Shown here: piece after piece, positions 40,851 through 50,310 of the stretch | Layout of the letters: each line of letters starts with the position of its first letter | Position numbering within the stretch: the first letter of the stretch is position 1 | NCBI GenBank assembly: GCA_018817585.1 | Contig: JAHITE010000125.1 | Span: 12,580 to 76,579 of the forward strand | Reading direction: 5' to 3' | DNA length: 64,000 bases | Origin: Candidatus Omnitrophota bacterium | GTDB taxonomy: Bacteria > Omnitrophota > Gorgyraeia > B26-G9 | Made by a program: the position numbers and the translations under genes | Notes under the pieces: model-generated | What the model was told of the DNA's origin: nothing | What the model saw: the letters and a program-made list of their open reading frames with translations, nothing else | Databases searched by the model: none

Positions 40851-40936
40851 GGCATTAAGCTGTTTATTTTTTTTGTAACTATTGTCAACCAAATAATTTT
40901 TATTAGTTGACGTAAAATGAAAGAGGTAATTATTCT

Positions 40937-42754
40937 ATGTGTTCTAGTTGGAGGACGAGTTTTTTTGTAGTTGGTGTTATTTTTTTGATTAAGATTAATC
41001 TTTGTTTTGGAGAAAATAAGCAAAATCAGGATTATTATCTTGAGCCGGTAGTGGTCTATCCGTCCATACTTAATGAATATTACTCAAATTCATTGCGCCA
41101 TATGGAATATCGGGAAGAGATTGATCTTCTTGTTGACCAAGATTTGAAAAAAGTTCCCTTTGCTGATATTCAGACCCGAGGCCCTTTTTCTGTTCAGGCG
41201 GACTTGCAGATGCGCGGAGCAAGTTTTGAACAAACCGATGTTTTAATTGACGGAATTAAAGTTAATGATCCTCAGACTGGCCACTTTAATCTGGATATTC
41301 CTTTTTCCAGTGAAGATATTGATAAAATAATTCTAATCCCCGGGCCTGCGGCAGTAATCAATGGCGCTGGCCGTCCTGGCGGTTCAGTGCATATTATCAC
41401 TAAACAGCCGCAAGGGGAGTTGATTAAGGCAAAAGCGGTTTTTGGCGAAAATAGTTTTTTATCGCGGCAGCTTTCGGTTGAGCAGCCATTTGCTAATGTT
41501 AATACGCGCACCACTATTAGCCAAAGTTCCTCATCTGGGTATAGAGAAAATACTGATTTTGATATTATGAATTTTTCGCATATTAGTTGTTTGGAAAGCG
41601 GATATGGTGATGTGCAATTTAATTTTGGTATTTTGGATAAGGAATTCGGGGCTAATGGTTTTTATTCAGAGTTTTACCCCAATCAGCGGGAACATACAAA
41701 AACGGCTTTTGGCAGTATCGGGATTAAATCAGAGTATGCTGATTTTTATATTAATCCGCAGATTTATATCCGCAGACAAAGAGATCGGTTTTTATTGGAT
41801 AAGACTAATCCCGCGTTTTATGAAAATATTCATTTGAATTATGTCAAAGGAGTAAAAGTCGATACTGTGGGAGTCTGGGCCCAAGGCAAAGTCTTTGCCG
41901 GGGTTGATACAGCGTTAGAAAGCATTGATAGCAGTAATTTAAAGCAGCATGATCGTCAGCGAAACATGGTTTATACTGCTTACAGCGCGAGACTTGATCA
42001 ATGGCTTTTTTCTTTGGGGCTTAACGGTTATTTTTATCAGGGGTTTGAAAATCAGGTAAATCCAGACGTTAGTATTGGTTATTATCTTAATGATTTTATG
42101 AAATTAAGGTCAGCTTTCAGCCAATCATTTAGAGTTCCGACTTTTACCGAACTTTATTATCAGAGCCCGTCAAATATTGGTAATGAGCATTTAGCAGCAG
42201 AGCGTTTCAATAATTATGAAATTGGCATGGATTATACACAGCCTAATTATTTAGTTTCTTTAACTTATTTTAAACAGGAAGGTAAAGATCTTATTGATTG
42301 GGTGCGTACTCCCGCGGCAACAGTGTATAATATTATGAATATAAACAGAGTGGACACAAATGGATTCCAAGCGGATTTAAGGATTTATCCCAAAGACATG
42401 CAGATGAGTTTAAAACGCTGGCAGGAAATATATTTGGGGTACGCGTTTGTCGGTCGAGAGCAAAAAGAAAATGGATTGATTTCCAAATATATTTTTGATT
42501 ATTTAGAACATAAATTTGTCGGAGGAGTGATTAATTCGCTTCCTTATGGAATCAGCGCGGATAGTAGTATTCTTTATCTGCAGCGTTCAGATAAAGGCGG
42601 AGATTTTATTGTTAACAGTAAATTTGATAAAATAATAAGTAATTATAAGGTTTTTGTCAAAGTCGACAATGTTTTCAATCATGCTTACGCGGAAAAAGGC
42701 AATATTCCGATGCCTGGGCGCTGGTTTTTTGCCGGAGTAGAAGCCCAATGGTAA
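40937..42754 (+). CDS. TonB-dependent receptor-like outer membrane protein (short)
   Basis: 605 aa; signal sequence; plug-domain-like DVLIDGIKVNDPQTGHFNLDIP; beta-barrel; C-terminal AGVEAQW aromatic terminus. Confidence 0.55.
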   Translation: MCSSWRTSFFVVGVIFLIKINLCFGENKQNQDYYLEPVVVYPSILNEYYSNSLRHMEYREEIDLLVDQDLKKVPFADIQTRGPFSVQADLQMRGASFEQTDVLIDGIKVNDPQTGHFNLDIPFSSEDIDKIILIPGPAAVINGAGRPGGSVHIITKQPQGELIKAKAVFGENSFLSRQLSVEQPFANVNTRTTISQSSSSGYRENTDFDIMNFSHISCLESGYGDVQFNFGILDKEFGANGFYSEFYPNQREHTKTAFGSIGIKSEYADFYINPQIYIRRQRDRFLLDKTNPAFYENIHLNYVKGVKVDTVGVWAQGKVFAGVDTALESIDSSNLKQHDRQRNMVYTAYSARLDQWLFSLGLNGYFYQGFENQVNPDVSIGYYLNDFMKLRSAFSQSFRVPTFTELYYQSPSNIGNEHLAAERFNNYEIGMDYTQPNYLVSLTYFKQEGKDLIDWVRTPAATVYNIMNINRVDTNGFQADLRIYPKDMQMSLKRWQEIYLGYAFVGREQKENGLISKYIFDYLEHKFVGGVINSLPYGISADSSILYLQRSDKGGDFIVNSKFDKIISNYKVFVKVDNVFNHAYAEKGNIPMPGRWFFAGVEAQW

Positions 42755-42909
42755 TTTCTTCGGAAATAATTATAAAAAGAGATAGCTTTATCCGAGTAGT
42801 GTTTTATTATATAATTTTAATAAGCGGCTTGAAATACTTAGTAAGTATTTATAATGCCAGCTAAAATAGGGCAGGATTTAAAATTATTGATAATAGAAAG
42901 TGAGCAATT

Positions 42910-43944
42910 ATGAAAAACATAATAACCGGGTTTTTGCCGGATGAATTTAAGGGATTACTTGTAAAATTTAAGCAGCCGTTATATCGGGCTACTCAGATAT
43001 TAGAATGGATTTATAAAAAAAAGGTAATTTCATTTAGCGAAATGACTAATCTCTCCAAAGATTTAAAACAGATTTTAGACGATAAGCTGGAAATTCTGGC
43101 TTTAAAACAGCTGCTTAAACTTAAATCCAAGAAGGATAATACTGTAAAATATGCTTTTAATACCAATGATCGGCAAATAATCGAAAGCGTCTTTATTCCC
43201 ACTCAAAAAAGAGCAACGATTTGCATTTCGACTCAGGCAGGGTGTGCTTATGGCTGTATTTTTTGCGCCAGCGGTAAAAAGGGATTTAAACGGAATTTAA
43301 CTGTTGCGGAAATAGTCGGGCAAGTTCTCTTGGTAAAAAACGATAATCCGGAAAGGCAAATAACCAATATTGTTATTATGGGTATGGGCGAGCCATTGGC
43401 TAATTACGCGAATACAATAAAATCCTTAAAAATATTTAATAGCCCGGATTGTTTTGGTATTGGCGCAAGAAAGATTACGCTTTCAACTTGCGGGCTGTGT
43501 CCGCAAATTATCGATCTGGCTAAAGAGGGAATACAAATTGAACGTTCAATTTCTTTACATGCCGCGGAAGATAAATTGCGCAGTAAACTCATGCCGATTA
43601 ATCGGAAATATCCGCTTAATGAGCTGATTAAAACCGTAAAAAAATATACGCAGGAAGCGAATCGGATTGTTACCTTTGAATATATTATTATTAACGCGAT
43701 TAATGATTCCAAGGAAGACGCGCTAAAATTAAGCAAATTGCTTAAAGGTTTTCAAGCTAAAGTTAATATAATTCCCTTTAATCCGGTTCAGGCTGTGGAT
43801 TATCTGCCGGTTACAAAAGAAGCTTTGGAAGCTTTTTGTGAGGTGCTGGAAAAAAACAAAACAAATTATACGATTCGCCGTTCAAGAGGCAGTGATATTC
43901 AAGGCGCCTGCGGACAGCTTAGAGCCAGCTTAGAAAAGAACTAA
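42910..43944 (+). CDS. rlmN: 23S rRNA/tRNA adenine-C2 methyltransferase RlmN (radical SAM)
   Basis: 344 aa; CISTQAGCAYGCIFCASG radical-SAM cluster motif, GMGEPLAN, C-terminal GACGQL. Confidence 0.92.
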   Translation: MKNIITGFLPDEFKGLLVKFKQPLYRATQILEWIYKKKVISFSEMTNLSKDLKQILDDKLEILALKQLLKLKSKKDNTVKYAFNTNDRQIIESVFIPTQKRATICISTQAGCAYGCIFCASGKKGFKRNLTVAEIVGQVLLVKNDNPERQITNIVIMGMGEPLANYANTIKSLKIFNSPDCFGIGARKITLSTCGLCPQIIDLAKEGIQIERSISLHAAEDKLRSKLMPINRKYPLNELIKTVKKYTQEANRIVTFEYIIINAINDSKEDALKLSKLLKGFQAKVNIIPFNPVQAVDYLPVTKEALEAFCEVLEKNKTNYTIRRSRGSDIQGACGQLRASLEKN

Positions 43945-43948
43945 TACT

Positions 43949-44455
43949 ATGTCAATTCACTATATAATCGATGGTTATAATGTTATAAAACAAGTTTCTT
44001 TTTTAACCGGGAAAAAACTGCGTTCCGGCAGAGAAGGATTGGTTAAATTTATTGAACGTTATCGGCCGCAGGGCAGCAGTCGTAATGCAGTTACTCTTGT
44101 GTTTGATGGTCAGGCTGATGTTTCTAGTCCGCAGCTTATTTCATTGATTAAGGTGATTTTCAGTAAAGGGGAATCTGCGGATGCGAAGATTAAAAGAATG
44201 GTTGAGCGGTCAAAAAATCCGAAGCAGATAGTTGTCGTTACGGACGATAAGGAAATAATGTTTTATTGCCGGTCAATTGGGGCAACTGTTAGTTCGGTAA
44301 GAGCTTTTATAAATAATTCATATAGGGCGAAGAAATCGGAATGTGTAGAGGAGCAAGAGGATAAGCCGGAATTAGACAGCGCTATTGCTATGCGGATCAC
44401 GGAAGATTTGAAAAAGCTTTGGGTAAAAGACGTCGAAAAGGAAAGTTTGTACTGA
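43949..44455 (+). CDS. NYN-domain (YacP/Rae1-like) predicted RNase
   Basis: 168 aa; IIDGYNVIK N-terminus and acidic residues typical of YacP-like NYN proteins. Confidence 0.65.
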   Translation: MSIHYIIDGYNVIKQVSFLTGKKLRSGREGLVKFIERYRPQGSSRNAVTLVFDGQADVSSPQLISLIKVIFSKGESADAKIKRMVERSKNPKQIVVVTDDKEIMFYCRSIGATVSSVRAFINNSYRAKKSECVEEQEDKPELDSAIAMRITEDLKKLWVKDVEKESLY

Positions 44456-44646
44456 AAAACAGTCACAAAGACACAGGACACAAAGTAACAAGCATATTGC
44501 GTGAGAGATCGTAGGGGGGCTTGCCTCCTCCCGTAATTTGTCAATAATCAATATCCCATTTTTAATAAATTTATATTATCACGGGCCGACGCAAGGCCGG
44601 CCCCTACGTCAATGATATTTTTGGATTAACGCGATACGGAAATAAT

Positions 44647-45936
44647 ATGAATAAGTATGATGTTATTGTTATTGGCGGAGGCCCGGCAGGAATGATTGCC
44701 GCCGGAACCGCTGGTAAATTTAAAAAGTCAGTTATCCTTTTAGAACGGAATAATGTTTTGGGAGTAAAATTGCGGATTACCGGCAATGGCCGCTGCAATT
44801 TTACAAATAAAATGCCTTTGAATAGATTTCAAGATTATTATGTGGATAATCCGAAATTTTTGCATAATGCGTTTAATAAATTTTTTAATCATGATTTGAT
44901 TAAATTTTTTGAACTATTGGGAGTTAGAACCAAAGTTGAAAATAATGGCAGAGTATTTCCGCTAAGTGATCAGTCTGCTGATATTATTCAAGCTTTGGAG
45001 CTATATTTGCAAAATAATAAAGTTCAGGTCGCCTGTCGAAGTTTAGTAACTGATATTATTGTGGAAAATAATCAGGTTGCTGGGGTTAAACTATCCGGAG
45101 AGGAAACGGTTAAAGCCGGAAAAGTTATTATTGCTACTGGCGGTAAAAGCTATCCTAATTTGGGTTCTAATGGTTCAGCGTATTCATGGGCTTTGAAAAC
45201 AGGGCATAATATTATTCTACCCCGGCCCGGTCTTTCCGGCATTCAAATTAAAGAATTATGGGTGAAAGGACTTCAGGGGATTAGTCTGAATCAAATCGGC
45301 ATCAGCCTGTATGTGAACGCAAAGAAAAAAAAACAGATAAGCGCGGATTTGGTATTTGCCCATTATGGGATTTCCGGCCCAGGCGCGTTTGATTTAAGCG
45401 CTGATGTGGGAGATTGCTTGGTAAAGGGAAGCGTGGTTTTATGTTTGGACCTGTTTCCGGAAATTAATGAATCGCAGGTTATGGAAAAATTGGATGATAT
45501 AATTGCTAAAAGCCCGGGATGTATGTGCAAAAATCTGGCATTTAATGAAGTTCCGAAGAAGCTAATTGCTGTATGTCATGATTTAGCAGGTATTAACGCG
45601 AGTAAACCTCTAAGTCAGTTGAGTAAAAAGGAAAAAAGAAGCTTGATAAATATCTTTAAACAGGTACAATTAACAGTACAAAGCCTAAGGCCATTAAAAG
45701 AAGCCATGGTTACCAGAGGCGGAATCTCGGTTAAGCAGATAAACCCGGCAACCATGGAATCAAGAATTGTAAGCGGTCTGTATTTTTGTGGTGAGTTAAT
45801 TGATATTAGTGGACTAAGCGGAGGGTTTAATCTGCAAGCAGCGTTTTCTACTGGTTATTTGGCTGGGCTGGGAGCCGCGGTTGAGCCGAAAATAGAAGAT
45901 AGAAAACCGATGGATGAGGGACGATCGCTGCGCTAG
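44647..45936 (+). CDS. HI0933/BaiN-family FAD-dependent flavoprotein
   Basis: 429 aa; YDVIVIGGGPAGMIAA dinucleotide motif and GNGRCNFTN signature; last ~18 codons are encoded by the short repeat element. Confidence 0.8.
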   Translation: MNKYDVIVIGGGPAGMIAAGTAGKFKKSVILLERNNVLGVKLRITGNGRCNFTNKMPLNRFQDYYVDNPKFLHNAFNKFFNHDLIKFFELLGVRTKVENNGRVFPLSDQSADIIQALELYLQNNKVQVACRSLVTDIIVENNQVAGVKLSGEETVKAGKVIIATGGKSYPNLGSNGSAYSWALKTGHNIILPRPGLSGIQIKELWVKGLQGISLNQIGISLYVNAKKKKQISADLVFAHYGISGPGAFDLSADVGDCLVKGSVVLCLDLFPEINESQVMEKLDDIIAKSPGCMCKNLAFNEVPKKLIAVCHDLAGINASKPLSQLSKKEKRSLINIFKQVQLTVQSLRPLKEAMVTRGGISVKQINPATMESRIVSGLYFCGELIDISGLSGGFNLQAAFSTGYLAGLGAAVEPKIEDRKPMDEGRSLR

Positions 45937-45955
45937 GACGATGGATGAGAAAGCA
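45890..45955 (+). repeat. short GGAYGA direct-repeat element, copy B
   Basis: agaagatagaaaaccga-(GGATGA)(GGACGA)-tcgctgcgcta-(GGACGA)(GGATGA); overlaps the stop codon of the flavoprotein gene. Confidence 0.7.
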
Positions 45956-46051
45956 AAAAAAGAGGGTTTAGCGATTAGAGATTATGCAAAGCAGAACTCG
46001 TAAACGCGTTAACACGCAAACGCGAAATAATATGGAGAATAATTTTTAGCA

Positions 46052-46360
46052 ATGAGCAGAACCGGTCATCCTTTATTTCTTTTAGGTAAAGTTGCCTATT
46101 ATATCGGCATTCTTTTGCTGTTTAATTTCTTTTTTGGTCTTATTTTTTTAAGATTTTTTGTCTGGCTGATTGCCGGCGGCATTCTTATTTTTTTATTGTT
46201 GGGAGCAATGATGCTGGGAAAAAATATGTTATTTGGCACAAAAGTTAACGCAGCCAGCAATCAGGAAAATACATATAAACCTGATCAGCAATCAAGCAAA
46301 GCGAATAATGATGTGATCGATGTCGAAGCCGAGATATTTGACGATAATAAGCAAAATTAA
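46052..46360 (+). CDS. small hypothetical membrane protein
   Basis: 102 aa; two hydrophobic helices; no recognisable motif. Confidence 0.35.
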   Translation: MSRTGHPLFLLGKVAYYIGILLLFNFFFGLIFLRFFVWLIAGGILIFLLLGAMMLGKNMLFGTKVNAASNQENTYKPDQQSSKANNDVIDVEAEIFDDNKQN

Positions 46361-46466
46361 ATCAGTGCTTTTTACTAAATTGACAAATAGGATGATTAAA
46401 GATAATATAATTACAAGAATTTATATCAGATAAGATTTATTTTAGTAAAGGATAGGGGATTTTTCC

Positions 46467-47150
46467 ATGGAAAGGATAGGGGTTTTATTTCTAGCGATTT
46501 TGCTTTTGTTTGCTCCGAATTCCAGCGCGATCCCATCAGAAGGTAATTTCTTTCCGGAATTAAATGAAACGCTTTGGGCAATTCAGTCGAATAATATCTT
46601 TTTGCGCGATTTTAATAAGGTAGAAGGTAAAGCCAGTACTGCGCAGTGTTTTGTTCAGGCAAGCTACGGGATAAGTGAACGATTTTTTTTAGACGGTAAG
46701 GTTGGTATCGGGAATGTATCCTTTAATGTTCAGGATGGGGTTAATCTGGATTTTCACAATGGTTTTGCCGGTGGATACGGGGTTCGTTATATTGCGCATG
46801 AAAACAAAAAGAAAAATATTAAATCGATTTTTGGGTTTCAACACATAAGTTGTCATCCGTTTAAAGATAAGGTTAATGATGTTCAGTATCGAGTGATCTG
46901 GGATGAATGGCAGGGAACATGGCTGTTTATAAAGGAATATGAAAAAGCGTCGGTATATATCGGACCGCAATACAGTGCCGCGCAGCTTAAATATAAAGTT
47001 GATTCTTTCCGCAGACGTTTGAAATCTGAAGATAATTGGGGTATGTTGGTTGGCGGTAATTACAATGTTAATAAAAATCTGATGATTCAGGCTGAAGTTA
47101 GATTATTTGATGAATGGGCTTTGAATTTTGGAATAAGCCATAAATTTTAG
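46467..47150 (+). CDS. small outer-membrane beta-barrel protein (OmpW/OmpA-barrel-like)
   Basis: 227 aa; signal peptide; amphipathic beta pattern; C-terminal ...GISHKF. Confidence 0.45.
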   Translation: MERIGVLFLAILLLFAPNSSAIPSEGNFFPELNETLWAIQSNNIFLRDFNKVEGKASTAQCFVQASYGISERFFLDGKVGIGNVSFNVQDGVNLDFHNGFAGGYGVRYIAHENKKKNIKSIFGFQHISCHPFKDKVNDVQYRVIWDEWQGTWLFIKEYEKASVYIGPQYSAAQLKYKVDSFRRRLKSEDNWGMLVGGNYNVNKNLMIQAEVRLFDEWALNFGISHKF

Positions 47151-47161
47151 AAGGGTTTGGT

Positions 47162-47833
47162 ATGATTAAAAATTTGCGATTCAAAAAAATGCGTTTATGG
47201 GCGAGTTATCCTTTTGCCGCGGTATATCTGATATTTGTCTATAAATACGGTATTGTGGTTAATCCCGGACTGGGAGTTATTATCGCGGGTCTTTTAATTC
47301 GGTTTTGGGCTGCCGGCTATATTAAAAAAATCCGAAAATTAACCACTTCCGGGCCTTATGCTTTTGTGCGTAATCCTTTGTATGTGGGAAATTTTTTAAT
47401 GGGATTAGGGTTTTGTCTGTTTGTGAATAATATTTATTTATCAATAATTTATACGCTTTTATTTACCTTCTTTTATTTAGGAACAATGAAAAAAGAGGAG
47501 ATACTGCTTACGCAATTATTTGGAAATGATTATATCGAGTATAAACAGGCGGTTCCGGCTTTTTTTCCCAGACTTAAACCCTATAAATCCAAAGATCCAA
47601 TCAGATTTAGTTTAGCGCAAGCTCATTTTAACGGAGAGCTGATTCGGGTGCTGGTAACCGGAGCTTTACTATGCCTGCTGTACTTTTTTTATTATTTTTT
47701 CAAAGAAAATAGTTTGGATTCAAAAGATATGAAGTATGTTGGTTCGCTTTTAATTGTCCAGGTTTTATTGCTCCTGTTCACAATCGCGCACAGAAGAAAA
47801 TTTGTGAAGCAGGAATCAGAAAAATTAGCATAA
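47162..47833 (+). CDS. isoprenylcysteine carboxyl methyltransferase (ICMT/PEMT) family membrane methyltransferase
   Basis: 223 aa; GPYAFVRNPLYVGNFL signature of the ICMT family; multiple TM helices. Confidence 0.65.
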   Translation: MIKNLRFKKMRLWASYPFAAVYLIFVYKYGIVVNPGLGVIIAGLLIRFWAAGYIKKIRKLTTSGPYAFVRNPLYVGNFLMGLGFCLFVNNIYLSIIYTLLFTFFYLGTMKKEEILLTQLFGNDYIEYKQAVPAFFPRLKPYKSKDPIRFSLAQAHFNGELIRVLVTGALLCLLYFFYYFFKENSLDSKDMKYVGSLLIVQVLLLLFTIAHRRKFVKQESEKLA

Positions 47834-47861
47834 TTTACTTGAATAAAAAAACAACGAAACT

Positions 47862-49556
47862 GTGACAATTATGCGAAAAATCTGGAAAACCAAACCCAAA
47901 ATTAATGAAGAATGTAAATTGCTTGCCGAGAAATCAGGTATTTCGCTGATCCTTGCCCAGATTTTAATCAATCGCGGTATTCATAGTCCGGCTGATGCTA
48001 AAAAATATTTAAATTGTGATTTAAATGATACGCATGATCCTTTTTTATTAAAAGATATGCCTCTGGCAGTAAAACATATTAAGAACGCGATTAAGCTTAA
48101 AAAAAACATTTTTGTTTATGGTGACTATGATGTCGATGGTTTAACCAGCTGCGCGGTTTTGTCTAATGTTCTTAAGCAGTTAGGCGCTAATGTATCATGT
48201 TATATTCCGCACAGAGTTGATGAGGGTTATGGTTTAAATAAACAGGCTTGCGCGCGAATAAAACAGCAGGGAGCTGATCTGCTGATTACAGTTGATTGCG
48301 GTATCAGTGCTTTTGAACAAGTTGCTTATTCGCATTCTATAGATTTAGAAGTGATCATTACCGACCATCATCAGCCGGTGGGTAAAAAAGTGCCGCGGGC
48401 ATTGGCAGTGATTAATCCTTTTCAGGCTGGCTGTGATTATCCGTATAAGCATTTGGCTGGAGTGGGAATTGCCTATAAGCTGGCTTGTGCCTTGGTTGGC
48501 CCAGAACAGGATATATCAGAAAATTTAGACTTAGTGGCTTTGGGTACAATTTGTGATGTTGCTTTGCTTACTGGAGAAAATAGGATTCTGGTTAAACATG
48601 GGCTGGAAAAGCTTTCCCAAACAAAGCGGATTGGCCTGCAGGCGCTGAAAGATGTAGCCGGGATTAATAATAAAAAAGTAGAAGCGTATCATGTTGGTTT
48701 TATCCTCGGACCAAGAATAAACGCGACTGGCCGGATGGGCTCAGCGGAAAAAGCCTTGGAGCTGTTATTATCCGCTGATTATAGCCAGGCGATTGTTTTA
48801 GCTCAGGGGCTGGATAATGAGAATAAACAAAGGCAGAAAGAAGAAGCCAAAACTTTACGTCAAGCTTTGGCAATGATCGATAAAGAAATAAATTTTAAAA
48901 CTGATAAGGCTGTTGTTTTGCACAATGATGCCTGGCATCCGGGAGTGATCGGGATTGTCGCTTCCCGGATTACGGAACGCTTTTATCGGCCGACAATATT
49001 AATTTCCACAAAAGATGAAATCGCTAAAGGGTCAGGACGTTCCATCCGCAATTTTCATCTTTTTGAAACAATCGCTCAATGTGATCATTTGCTGGAAGGC
49101 TTTGGCGGTCATGAAAAAGCCGCTGGGCTGAGTATTCTAAAACATAATATTGAAAGCTTTAAACAGTCTTTTAATCAGATGGCCAGTTCGAGTTTATTGC
49201 CTGAAGATATGATGCCGATGATTGCTATTGATATGCAAATACCATTAAGCGCTTTAACTGAAACCTTGATCAATGAAATAGAAAAATGCGCGCCTTTTGG
49301 TATGGGTAATACCCGGCCTTTGTTTTCTTCAGTTGATCTGAAATTAAAGGGCAGTCCCAAAGTCCTCCGAGCCAATGGATTTAAAATGTGGATAACTGAT
49401 GGCCAGGTTACCTGCGAAGCCTTGGCTAGTAATTTCATGGATATTGATATTAACCATATTCAGGATGGTTTTTCGATTGTTTACTCTCCTTCAATAAATG
49501 ATTGGCAAGGAATTCATACTATTCAATTAAAGCTTAAAGATATGCAGTTTTCTTAA
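47862..49556 (+). CDS. recJ: single-stranded-DNA-specific exonuclease RecJ
   Basis: 564 aa; DHH motifs DYDVDGLTS, ITDHHQP, DHHA1 domain GGHEKAAG. Confidence 0.92.
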   Translation: MTIMRKIWKTKPKINEECKLLAEKSGISLILAQILINRGIHSPADAKKYLNCDLNDTHDPFLLKDMPLAVKHIKNAIKLKKNIFVYGDYDVDGLTSCAVLSNVLKQLGANVSCYIPHRVDEGYGLNKQACARIKQQGADLLITVDCGISAFEQVAYSHSIDLEVIITDHHQPVGKKVPRALAVINPFQAGCDYPYKHLAGVGIAYKLACALVGPEQDISENLDLVALGTICDVALLTGENRILVKHGLEKLSQTKRIGLQALKDVAGINNKKVEAYHVGFILGPRINATGRMGSAEKALELLLSADYSQAIVLAQGLDNENKQRQKEEAKTLRQALAMIDKEINFKTDKAVVLHNDAWHPGVIGIVASRITERFYRPTILISTKDEIAKGSGRSIRNFHLFETIAQCDHLLEGFGGHEKAAGLSILKHNIESFKQSFNQMASSSLLPEDMMPMIAIDMQIPLSALTETLINEIEKCAPFGMGNTRPLFSSVDLKLKGSPKVLRANGFKMWITDGQVTCEALASNFMDIDINHIQDGFSIVYSPSINDWQGIHTIQLKLKDMQFS

Positions 49557-49793
49557 AGCAGTTAATAACCGCGCTGTCTTTGTTTTAAAAAGTATCTTAT
49601 TTTTAACTAAATTATTTATCCGCGTTTTTCGCTTAAAAAGTCCGCGCTAATCCTCTGGCAGTAAAAACAATAATTTGTTTAAATGAATAATATGTTGAAA
49701 TTAAAAGCATTATGATCGAAAAAATCTAAGTGTATATAGCAAAAATAGATATTTTATGGTATACTTTAGAATCTTTTTTAAAGACCTTTTTAA

Positions 49794-50060
49794 TGGTCTG
49801 AAAAAGATTTTGGCTTAAACACAAATCCTGCGCAAGTATATCCGGGACTTTGGGTTGGAAGCACTAAAGACGCTCTTTACGCGCAAAGATATGTCTTTGA
49901 TAGTATTCTCAATGTTGCTCAGGAGTTTGATCTTAAAATTTCTGAAGAGGACATTCTTGAAAGCGTGAAGTGGATTAAAAAACAACTTAATTTGGATAAA
50001 AAATTGCTTGTTCATTGCTGTGTAGGTATTGCCAGAGTAGTTTCAATTGTAATCGCGTAA
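49794..50060 (+). pseudogene. degraded dual-specificity (Cys-based) protein phosphatase gene
   Basis: Open frame with no start codon: SEKDFGLNTNPAQVYPGLWVGS...LLVHCCVGIARVVSIVIA*, with the HCxxGxxR (CX5R) P-loop. An ATG at 49793 is one base out of frame. A TAA cuts the expected A-Y-L/M-R-K continuation (A*YMRKIFRQV*) with further stops. A TGgTATACT extended -10 lies about 30 nt upstream. Confidence 0.5.
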
Positions 50061-50310
50061 TATATGCGCAAAATTTTTAGGCAAGTGTAGCTCAAATAAA
50101 AAGTGAAATAGTTCGAAATCTTAAGAAATATACTATTATACCGCAGAGAGCTCTGGAGCAAAGTCTTTTGAATTTGTTTCATGTTCCGGAGTTTATACAT
50201 GATACAGGAGCTCATATAGAGATGAAAACTAATAGGCTAATAAATCGAATGAGAAATAGTGTTGTTAGCGGGTATTTAGTATAAAAAACGGATAGGGTAT
50301 CAAAAATCTA

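Noticed and set aside
49815-50215. Minus-strand ORFs 49815-50015 and 50012-50215 in the islet.
   Set aside because: The + strand frame across 49794-50060 carries an unmistakable phosphatase P-loop. The minus ORFs are shadows with no motifs.
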